A stretch of DNA of 64,000 nt from Planctomycetota bacterium. GTDB lineage: Bacteria > Planctomycetota > Planctomycetia > JALXBF01. The stretch is from assembly GCA_026991575.1 (NCBI GenBank), contig JALXBF010000039.1:1-64000 (forward strand). Direction: 5' to 3'. Position numbers and translations under genes: made by a program. The notes under the pieces were generated by a model that saw nothing but the letters and a program-made list of their open reading frames with translations, was not told the DNA's origin and did not search any database. Of this stretch, positions 10,316 through 18,410 are shown one piece after another; the first letter of the stretch is position 1, and every line of letters starts with the position of its first letter.

Positions 10316-11932
10316 CTATGCGGCCTGAGGCGACGCGCGGCCGGATCGGCGCGAGACAGCCTCGATCCGCAGCACCAACGGCTCACGCCCTGGCGCCAGC
10401 CGGCGGACCTCTCCAGCCTCGTCCACCGGCACAAGCACCAGAAGCACCGCCCTGCCCGTCCAGCTCTCCGGCACCGCTGCACGGAAGATCCCGTCTCCAG
10501 CACACCTGCACCGAACCGTTTGGCCGCCGGCGGGGAACTCGATCCTGAAGGAAATCCCGTTCGGCACGCGGTCCACGTGCAGTTCAAGCCAGCTCGTGCC
10601 GACGGGCAGGTAGATGAAGAACTCGGCCGGTCCCACGGGACCGAATCGCCCCCGGCTGCAACACCAGCCGGACCGGAGCCAGGTGCGCGTTTCGGGATCG
10701 GTAAAGTCCAGTCGGCTGGGCACTGTGCCTGCGAGCCTAGCCGCATCGAGCGGTTCCTCCGCCCAAGTCACGCCGGCTGATTGCAGCTCCGTCTCCTCCT
10801 GAGGCTCGCGCACCAGCAACGACTCGGGCAGCACGCGCGACTCGTAGAAGCGATCGCCGTAGAGCGGCCGGGCGGTGCCAAGCCGGCACATGACGTCATA
10901 GACGCCTGGCAGTCGCGGTGCCCGGAACGTTACCGTCAACCGATGGAACCCCTGCGACAGCTCCAGCCCCCCGGGGAACTGGCGGGACAGCAATACCGAA
11001 CGGCCTGGCTTCTCGCTCTGGTCCACGCAGTTGATGGCTAGCTCCACTGCCGTGGTGGGCCGACTGCAATACAAGTCGACCACACACGTGATTGGTTCCA
11101 GCGGTTCAATTTCCAGCGGCTCTTGCCCTTGGCCCGCCTGTAGCCTGACGGCGAGGATGGTGGCGGCCCCGGCACGCTCCTGCCGGCGCGGTCCGCTTAG
11201 CACGACGCTTCGCCCGCGCATGCTGTAAGCCCGGATCACTTGCTCGACCGGGCCTTCTTCCATGACGCGACCGTACTCGATCCAGATTGCCCGCTGGCAG
11301 AGCTCGCGGGCACGCCTTGCGCTATGCGTGGCGTAGATCAGAGTCACGCCGCGATCCAGCAGCGCACGGACTCGTTGGGCCGCGCGCAGGCGGAACACAT
11401 GATCGCCCGCACTCAGTGCTTCGTCGGCCAGCAGGACCTGCACGTCAAGGTGGCTGGCAATGGAGAACCCCAGGCGGCTGCGCATGCCCGAGGAGTACTC
11501 CCGCACGGGACGGTCCAGGTACTCGCCCAGTTCAGAGAAGGCCGCAATGGCGTCGATCTGTTCGTCGGTCTCCTCGGCAGTTAACCCCATCATCAGCGCG
11601 GCCAGGCGGATGTTTTGGCGACCGGTGAGCGTTGGCGCAAAGCCGAGCCCCAGCTCCAACACGGCACCGACCCGGCCGCGAAGCACGTAACTTCCCTCCG
11701 TCGGCGCGCACGCACCGGCCAGAATCCTCAACAGCGTGCTCTTGCCCGCCCCGTTCGGTCCGATCACCGCAAGCGACTGGCCAGCGGACAGCTCAAACGA
11801 GACATGCCGCAATGCCCATAGTTGACGGTGGAGCTTCAGGCCCGGAAGCAGCGCCTCCAGCAGGCGGTACTCTGAGCGACGGTACAGCTTGAAGCACTTG
11901 CCCAGGTTGCGAACGCTGACGGACGCTTCCAT
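10316..11932 (-). CDS. wzt: Glycan ABC exporter ATPase (Wzt-like) with extended C-terminal domains
   Basis: WALRHVSF, GPNGAGKST, YSSGMRSRLGFS and DEALSAGD motifs, followed by a long beta-rich C-terminus. Confidence 0.9.
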   Translation of the reverse strand: MEASVSVRNLGKCFKLYRRSEYRLLEALLPGLKLHRQLWALRHVSFELSAGQSLAVIGPNGAGKSTLLRILAGACAPTEGSYVLRGRVGAVLELGLGFAPTLTGRQNIRLAALMMGLTAEETDEQIDAIAAFSELGEYLDRPVREYSSGMRSRLGFSIASHLDVQVLLADEALSAGDHVFRLRAAQRVRALLDRGVTLIYATHSARRARELCQRAIWIEYGRVMEEGPVEQVIRAYSMRGRSVVLSGPRRQERAGAATILAVRLQAGQGQEPLEIEPLEPITCVVDLYCSRPTTAVELAINCVDQSEKPGRSVLLSRQFPGGLELSQGFHRLTVTFRAPRLPGVYDVMCRLGTARPLYGDRFYESRVLPESLLVREPQEETELQSAGVTWAEEPLDAARLAGTVPSRLDFTDPETRTWLRSGWCCSRGRFGPVGPAEFFIYLPVGTSWLELHVDRVPNGISFRIEFPAGGQTVRCRCAGDGIFRAAVPESWTGRAVLLVLVPVDEAGEVRRLAPGREPLVLRIEAVSRRSGRASPQAA

Positions 11933-12579
11933 GCAGCCTCCCTGCCGGTAGCACACCACACCCGGCGCAGCCCATTCTAGAGAACCAGCTCACCGGGGAA
12001 AAGAAGAGCTTCGACAACCTCCTCAGATGCTGCGCCCCTTGCCAGAGCGGTGGGTGAGGAGCTCTCACTGGATGCGCTAATCGCCGTCTCAGCACCCGCC
12101 ATCGGGCTCATGGAGTTTGACCTCCTACCCGACGGCACGGAGCCGCTGCTCCTTCCGCTTCTGTGTCACGGCAGACCTGACAAGCGTCCGCGACGAGCCG
12201 CTCCTGCTGGCATGTGCCCCAAACAACGCCCGCGGCCAGACCGTCCTCACCGGGCCGCTTCCCGCTGCCAAGGCCGGGTGCGCCGCGGGGACCTCATGGC
12301 ATGCTTCCGCCGGGAGCTCGCCCAGGTGCCTCCATGGAAGACCGTAGCCTCGACACGGTAGGAGCTTAGCGTACCGCCCCCAGATGAGCAAAGCTTTACA
12401 AACTGCCCGGAGACTCGTCCCCGAGCGCGCCAGGCGAGGGCTGGGTAGAGGCAGGGCGCGGTCGGGTCGTATCGAGACCGCCGAACGCAACCATCGCACG
12501 ACAGCCAAACCGCGCCCGTCTGGGCACAACACGCGCGGGATGTCGCGACGATGTGGTGAACGGTGCGCTTCTGAGGCGT

Positions 12580-13629
12580 CTAGTTGCTCGCGTCGGAGCG
12601 TTCCTGCAGTGGTTCAATGCGCACCGTGTAGGGCCGGTCTTTACCCTGGACAAACAGCAAGACGTTGGTCGCCGGGGGCACTGCGCCACCGGAAACGAGA
12701 GCCTCAATGACGCACGTCACCGCATTAGCGTGGCGATCCTGTTGACGCACAACCCACGGTTGGCGGACCTGAACCTGGCGCAGCTGCATGCGCTCGTCCC
12801 GGAATGTCACGTACACGATCGCTCGCCACAGCCCGTCTTCAACCCTTAGCGCCGGGACGACCCGGGGCACTTTGACCGGTGGTTCTATGAGTTTTGGGCG
12901 AAACGGGATCAGCAGGTCTGAACGCAGTTCCTTGCCGTCCTCGGTCCGGTACCAGATGCGTAGGTACAGAGTCTCCGTACCGTCCAGTGCGTTCGCATGC
13001 TCGCACTCCCAGGTGTACTCTACCGTCAGCGTCTGCTTCCCGGTTACCCGCCAGGTTAACCCCGGGATCTTGCGCACCTCGTCCGGCTCGTACCGCAGGA
13101 GAGTGATTCCCGGTTTGGGTACCAATCGCAGCTGGCCGTGCACGGTCTGTCCGGGGTCGACCGGTAGCTGCACCTCGGGAGTGATGGGCTGGAAGCCGTC
13201 CACAGGATCGATCCGCTCCGCTCGCAGCTCGATTTGAACCACAGGCTGGTCCGGGTCATTGCAGCGCAACGGGAGCACGAAGCGATACGTCCGCCGGGTG
13301 CTGTTCGGTACGACACTCACTTTCAGACGTGCTTCACCGCCCGGAGCGACAGCCAGCGGAGACAGCTCTACGCTCCACGCAGATCCAGCTTTTGGCTCCT
13401 CGAAAACCAGCGTCTCGTTCCCCACGTTGCGCAACGCGAGTTCACCTTCCAGCGGCTGATCAGGATACCCCCGGCCCAGATCCAAGACGTGAGTGCTTAC
13501 CTCCACGCGCGGTCCAGAACGATCGCAGCCGAGGCACATGAGGATAAGTAAGCAGAGCGCCGAGTGTGTCAGGCAGCTGTCGGTGAACGAACCGATGCCG
13601 CCCGCGGTATTTGCGATTACTGGCTGCAT
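12580..13629 (-). CDS. DUF1573-like Ig-fold lipoprotein (copy B)
   Basis: Lipobox-like LMCLG/C, then DLG...LRNVGNETL....VAPGGE...CNDP. The start overlaps the GT39 stop. Confidence 0.7.
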   Translation of the reverse strand: MQPVIANTAGGIGSFTDSCLTHSALCLLILMCLGCDRSGPRVEVSTHVLDLGRGYPDQPLEGELALRNVGNETLVFEEPKAGSAWSVELSPLAVAPGGEARLKVSVVPNSTRRTYRFVLPLRCNDPDQPVVQIELRAERIDPVDGFQPITPEVQLPVDPGQTVHGQLRLVPKPGITLLRYEPDEVRKIPGLTWRVTGKQTLTVEYTWECEHANALDGTETLYLRIWYRTEDGKELRSDLLIPFRPKLIEPPVKVPRVVPALRVEDGLWRAIVYVTFRDERMQLRQVQVRQPWVVRQQDRHANAVTCVIEALVSGGAVPPATNVLLFVQGKDRPYTVRIEPLQERSDASN

Positions 13630-15452
13630 GGCGTTTTCCTCTTGGCCTGGCCGTCCCCGGTTGGGAACCGGTACACGAACACCGACGTCCCCAGGACGTA
13701 GTCCGGCTCTCGGTTCAGGTAATGACGATAGGCACCTCGTGGTACGGTAAACCATCGTTCAGCGTCCACTGGGAAGCCTCCGGGTAAGCCGGTTACGAAC
13801 GTGGCGGACAACAGGTGCCAACCCGGCGGTGGGTGATCCGGAAGCTCGCGATGCTGCACAGCCGTCTGCGTCAGCGGTCCGAATGGGGGCGGGTTCTGTT
13901 CGACACCCCAGAGCGCGATGGGCACAAACGTGCGGAAAGCGATGTAGACGGGCAGCGTGTCGCGGCGTGCCTGTAGCCACCGTTTCACTGCGTACAGATC
14001 CTGGCCCCAGTCGATGTTGGAGTCAGCCAGGTAGTGAATGGCCCGTTGCGGCGGCCACGCCAACCAGTTGAAGTAGCCTAGATGATAGGGAGTGGCGGCG
14101 GTAACGGTGACCGCCAGACAAATCAGCACGACGGCGACGCCGGTTGCCAACCGCCGGGCCCACCGGTCCTGCAAGCCCCTGAGGCACCCGGCCACTGCCA
14201 CGCCACAAAACATGCACCAAAACGGTGTTCCCTGCAGCACGTACCGCAGGTGGTGGTTGAACCCGCTTTTTGCTGACGCCACCGTGAGTACGGCCACCGC
14301 TGGTAAGGCAAGTGCCAGCGCGATCCGGCTGGGCGAGCGAATGAACATGGCCAGCGCACTGACGGAGAGCAGTAGCCAGGGCAGTGGTTGTTTGAGCGTC
14401 AGGGCCACGACGTAGTAGTGTGGCCATCCGCCGTTGCGTACCTCCCCCAACAGGTAGGAAGCCAAGCGAGCTTCAAAGTCCGTTTGCTGCAGGTCGAGGC
14501 CATGAAGGGCCGCAACGGGCACGGGCAGCGGCACGTCAGCGACGAGTCGCAGCAGATGCTGAGTCGGACCACCTCGCGCCTCCGGGGCTTGTCCGGTGAG
14601 TTTCTGGAACAGATGCGACCGAAACGCCTCGCGCGCCGGCCGATGAAACAGACCGGTGAAGCCGTATGCGGCCGTGAATACGAACCATGCAGCCGCAGCG
14701 TAGACTGCCCAACCGGACACACGGACCACGAATCGGCTGTGCTCGGCTGCCGGACGTCGTGTCAACAGCACGAAGAGAGGCAGGCATGGGAGTAGAACGA
14801 GGGCAGTGAACTTGCCCGCCATGGCAGCGCCGATCAGGGCACCTGCGATCACCATCGTGCTCAGTGCCGCGTGGCGGGCATTCCAGAGAGCAGCAAAAGC
14901 GGCCAGGCCAAGCACCGCGGCGCCGACGTCGGGTGTAATAAGGTGCCCGTGTCCCAGAACCAGTGGGTCGAACGCCCACAGGCTGGCTGCAACTGCGGCA
15001 GCCCAGACTCCGCCAAGCTGAAGCCCCCAGTACCAGATAATGACCGTTCCAACCAACGAAAGTACGGTGCTGAGCAGCCGGCAGTGGGTAAGAACTTCGA
15101 CGTACCGACGCGGCCCCAGCAGCACGGCCATTCGAGGCGCCAGCCAGAACTCCGGTCGATACTCGGGGGCTTCCTCCAGGCTGATGCGATCCAGCGACGC
15201 CGACGCGCCGGCGGCCGGGAGCGTGTACAGCAGGCGCAGCAGCGGCGGGTTCACCGCGTAGTACTCCCAGTCCCCGTACCGCCACTGCACCAGTCCCGCT
15301 GCAAGGTGACCCGCCTCGTCAATCGTCACGAAGTCGCGGCGCGCTTCCACCACCAGCATGCTGCCCTGCGCCGCAAGCAACACGACCATCAGCCAACACC
15401 GCCGCGACCGACAGCGATCCGCCACCTTCCGCAACGCCGCGATCGCGAACAT
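13617..15452 (-). CDS. GT-C fold glycosyltransferase (GT39/ArnT/PMT-like)
   Basis: TIDEAGHL...NPPL, GHLITPDV, GKFT, RYV and DSNIDWGQDL motifs, with multiple TM helices. Confidence 0.85.
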   Translation of the reverse strand: MFAIAALRKVADRCRSRRCWLMVVLLAAQGSMLVVEARRDFVTIDEAGHLAAGLVQWRYGDWEYYAVNPPLLRLLYTLPAAGASASLDRISLEEAPEYRPEFWLAPRMAVLLGPRRYVEVLTHCRLLSTVLSLVGTVIIWYWGLQLGGVWAAAVAASLWAFDPLVLGHGHLITPDVGAAVLGLAAFAALWNARHAALSTMVIAGALIGAAMAGKFTALVLLPCLPLFVLLTRRPAAEHSRFVVRVSGWAVYAAAAWFVFTAAYGFTGLFHRPAREAFRSHLFQKLTGQAPEARGGPTQHLLRLVADVPLPVPVAALHGLDLQQTDFEARLASYLLGEVRNGGWPHYYVVALTLKQPLPWLLLSVSALAMFIRSPSRIALALALPAVAVLTVASAKSGFNHHLRYVLQGTPFWCMFCGVAVAGCLRGLQDRWARRLATGVAVVLICLAVTVTAATPYHLGYFNWLAWPPQRAIHYLADSNIDWGQDLYAVKRWLQARRDTLPVYIAFRTFVPIALWGVEQNPPPFGPLTQTAVQHRELPDHPPPGWHLLSATFVTGLPGGFPVDAERWFTVPRGAYRHYLNREPDYVLGTSVFVYRFPTGDGQAKRKTPCSQ

Positions 15453-15459
15453 TTCCCCC

Positions 15460-16761
15460 TCACGACAAACCGTTCCCCACCGTGCGACGACGTAACCACA
15501 TCACCGTCGCCAGCAACGCCGTTACCACCGCACCAAGCCCGGCCGCAGCCCAGTACCACCACCGCCCCTCACTTCTAGCCACATCCGTCACCACCACCAC
15601 CGGCGCCGGTACCGTAAACTCTTCCACTAGCTCCCCAGCTTCGTTCAGCTTGTACACCAGCGTGTGCGGCAGCCAGTCGTACGCCAACTCCTCCGCCCGT
15701 GTGTCCCCATACGAAAACTCCTTCAGCTCAACTCGAACGCTCACCATCGGCAGCAGCTTGTCCGCTTGCGGCGCATAGTCCTCCTGCACGACCGTCAACA
15801 ATTCCGGGATGATCACCCCCGGCACCACCTCCCGCCAACGCTTCACCTCCGCCAGGTACCTCATCGCTATGATGCGTTTCCCAGTGGCAAGGCTCTCCTT
15901 CCAGCACACGTATTCCGACCGAGCGGCCGCCCAGCCGTCCAACGGCAGGAACCACGTGCGTGACCGTACCTCGCCGAGGAGGCGCAGTTTTCTACCCTCG
16001 GTCTCCACTTCCTCCTTCGTCCTGTGGTACTCTTCCACCAGCACCGCGGTGCGTCCATCAAGTTTCTCCACCCCTACGATCCGAGGCGTCTCGCTGTGAC
16101 TCTCCACCAATGTCGGTAGTGGGCTCGGCTCCCTTCGATACAACTCCAGTAATTCAATTACGCGTCTTCCGTGCCAGCTCTGCGCATAAGCATAGCCCTG
16201 CGGCCAGAATAGCGGCCACTTCGCCTCCGGCGGCGCTGGTCCCATGTTGCCCAGCCGGTAGGGCTGCTGCGGCAACAGCTCTGGATCATACAGGAACCCG
16301 CTCCAGTTCTTGTATCCTTCGACCGTGTAAAGGTAGATGTCTCTTGTGCGCTTCACCGCAAAGCGGAGTGGCTCCAACTCCACGGGCTCCTCGTACTCCC
16401 CATACTCGTCCCAAAGAATCCCCACATCGGGCACCTGCACGTAACGGATCACGCTCCGCTTCGCATGCGCAAAGTTAGACGCATGATGCAGCCACAGTTG
16501 ACCCCGGGCCACCCGCAAACCCGTTTCCGGATCAGTCTTCGGAGGCAACCGATCTTCGGGCAGCCACCGGTTTTCGTACGTGACCTCGTACCGCAGCCTG
16601 ACCGGAAGTCGTCGCCACACCTCCTGCGCCGACCGAATGCCCTCGATCACGGCGTCTACGCCCCGTGCATCTCCCGCCCAACTACCGCGCCCCCAGACGG
16701 GAGCTATTCCAAGAACCCCTACCAGCAACATGCGTCCGAACCAGTGTGCCCCGCGCATCAT
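15460..16761 (-). CDS. Exported protein with a beta-rich (LolA/RseB-like?) body and a C-terminal TM anchor plus RRR
   Basis: Signal peptide, an EKLDGRTAVLVE...RTWF segment, and C-terminal WWYWAAAGLGAVVTALLATVMWLRRR. GGAG precedes ATG 16761. Confidence 0.7.
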   Translation of the reverse strand: MMRGAHWFGRMLLVGVLGIAPVWGRGSWAGDARGVDAVIEGIRSAQEVWRRLPVRLRYEVTYENRWLPEDRLPPKTDPETGLRVARGQLWLHHASNFAHAKRSVIRYVQVPDVGILWDEYGEYEEPVELEPLRFAVKRTRDIYLYTVEGYKNWSGFLYDPELLPQQPYRLGNMGPAPPEAKWPLFWPQGYAYAQSWHGRRVIELLELYRREPSPLPTLVESHSETPRIVGVEKLDGRTAVLVEEYHRTKEEVETEGRKLRLLGEVRSRTWFLPLDGWAAARSEYVCWKESLATGKRIIAMRYLAEVKRWREVVPGVIIPELLTVVQEDYAPQADKLLPMVSVRVELKEFSYGDTRAEELAYDWLPHTLVYKLNEAGELVEEFTVPAPVVVVTDVARSEGRWWYWAAAGLGAVVTALLATVMWLRRRTVGNGLS

Positions 16762-16961
16762 TGTCTGTCTCCGGGGTCGTGCCACACCGCGGTTGTGTCA
16801 GACCGCAAAAGGGGCGTCGAGAACACAGAGCCTTTACGTTTAGCCGATGACAATGTCGGCCATTGGTTGGCGGCCTAGCGACATACACGCACACGAAACC
16901 CTGTAACGCCAGCTTGCGCCCCACGGCATCCCCTGGCGCAGCGATCGAGTTCGGTGGTCTT

Positions 16962-17300
16962 TTAGCACTTCCTGCACTTGATCTCTACCCCGCTACCTCT
17001 GCGCTGGTTGCAATCCGATGCCGCATGTTTGCCAGGCATAACCTGGCTGAGACGGACGGTGCGGGGTCGAGGCAGCACCAGTACTCGTGGACGTTGTTAA
17101 AGTAATACACCGCACAAGAGCCATGGCAGTAGTTCATCAGTTTGCAGTCCGCGTCGTGGATCGTGTGTGCCTCGAAATACGGAGGCGCGGCCAGATACGT
17201 ATCGGCGTCATTGGCTTCCACCAAAGCCCATAGGCCGATCCCTACCAGGAACAGGGCGCAGATCCCGAACGCCAGCTTCGAACAGGAGAAACTTCGTCAT
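16962..17300 (-). pseudogene. Small Cys-rich secreted peptide gene, frameshifted (pseudogene, recoding or sequence error)
   Basis: AGGAGG (17313-17308) lies 7 nt before ATG 17300, but that frame stops after 30 codons. The +1 frame reads SCSKLAFGICALFLVGIGLWALVEA-NDADTY...CKLMNYCHGSC...YWCC and continues to TAG at 16985. A further Cys-rich tail in another frame ends at TAA 16962. Confidence 0.6.
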
Positions 17301-17302
17301 CT

Positions 17303-18313
17303 CTACACCTCCTGGTTCGTTTGGCCAGACGGTTCTTCCAGATGGGGGACCAGCACACGGATGCGAACCTTCTTGCCATCCGGAAGTACCAGCTCGACCC
17401 TAGCGTCGCCTACTCGCTCGTCCGTGCTCAGTCGAAGCAAGGCGGCACCGGTAGTATGCAGCGGCACAAGCTCAGCATGCCACTTGCCCGACGAAGCGTG
17501 CACCACTTCCAACACCGTACGGCGTTCCACGTGAGCAGGCACGGGTTGCTCAGCCACGAGTTGGCCATTCTTCCATACCGCCACCACGACGCTTGGTACC
17601 GCTAGTCGGCGCTCAGGCAACTTGACGATCAACGGGATCTGTGCCGGTACGGGCCTCGACGTCCCTCCCTCGTCGATGACGTTTAGAACCAGTTCCACTT
17701 GTCCCGTCGGGGGCCCGACGAGGCGGGCCGCTTTGGCCTCGAGGTGCAACATCCACGGCGGACCGCTCACAGTCGCGTCAACGCCCAATACAGTGCAGTT
17801 CTCCACGCGCACGCCGCGCACCGTGACCCCTTCGACGGGATAGAGCGGTACGGAGAGCCGCACGGTGTGCGTGTCGACGGCGTTGGCGTCTAGCACGATC
17901 TTCTTCGGCGACTGCACCGCTGAGCGTCGCCGCACGACGAAGCGTAACGTGACCTCGCGTCGGTCCGGATCGTTCGTGTGAAGGACGACCCAGCCGGAAG
18001 TTTGGGCACGGCCAAACGGCACACGCACGCGCAGGTGAATGGCTCCTTCATCCCCGGGTGCGATCCGATCAGGCCTTAACTCGGCCGCAAGACAGGAACA
18101 GGACTTCTGACCCAACCCAAGTTCTAGCGGAGCGTCGCCGCGGTTGTAGACGCGCAGCGTCGCCTCCCGCACTTCACCAGGCCAGCCCTCCCCGAAATCG
18201 TACGGGCAGCTCAACACCTCGATCACCGGTCGGGCCGGCGCACACCCACCGATCACTGCAGCCGCCAGACACGCCCACCATCCGCGTGCCTGTCGCTCTC
18301 CGCCCCCCGTCAT
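17303..18313 (-). CDS. DUF1573-like Ig-fold lipoprotein (copy A)
   Basis: Lipobox-like AVIGG/C, then YDFG...VYNRGDAPL.....KSCSC....IAPGDEG...TNDP. Start is 18313 or 18343. Confidence 0.78.
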   Translation of the reverse strand: MTGGGERQARGWWACLAAAVIGGCAPARPVIEVLSCPYDFGEGWPGEVREATLRVYNRGDAPLELGLGQKSCSCLAAELRPDRIAPGDEGAIHLRVRVPFGRAQTSGWVVLHTNDPDRREVTLRFVVRRRSAVQSPKKIVLDANAVDTHTVRLSVPLYPVEGVTVRGVRVENCTVLGVDATVSGPPWMLHLEAKAARLVGPPTGQVELVLNVIDEGGTSRPVPAQIPLIVKLPERRLAVPSVVVAVWKNGQLVAEQPVPAHVERRTVLEVVHASSGKWHAELVPLHTTGAALLRLSTDERVGDARVELVLPDGKKVRIRVLVPHLEEPSGQTNQEV

Positions 18314-18376
18314 GGCTCCAACTGCTCCCCTCGACTTGGCCAACCGCCGCTATCTCACACAGAGGACGACACTTAC

Positions 18377-18407
18377 ATTATCCTCCTCTCCTCCTCCTCC
18401 TTGTCAA
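18377..18407 (-). promoter_or_regulatory. Putative sigma70-type promoter of the DUF1573 cassette, with an (AGG)n spacer
   Basis: Minus strand reads TTGACA-AGGAGGAGGAGGAGAGGAG-GATAAT (19-nt spacer). Confidence 0.45.
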
Positions 18408-18410
18408 CCT

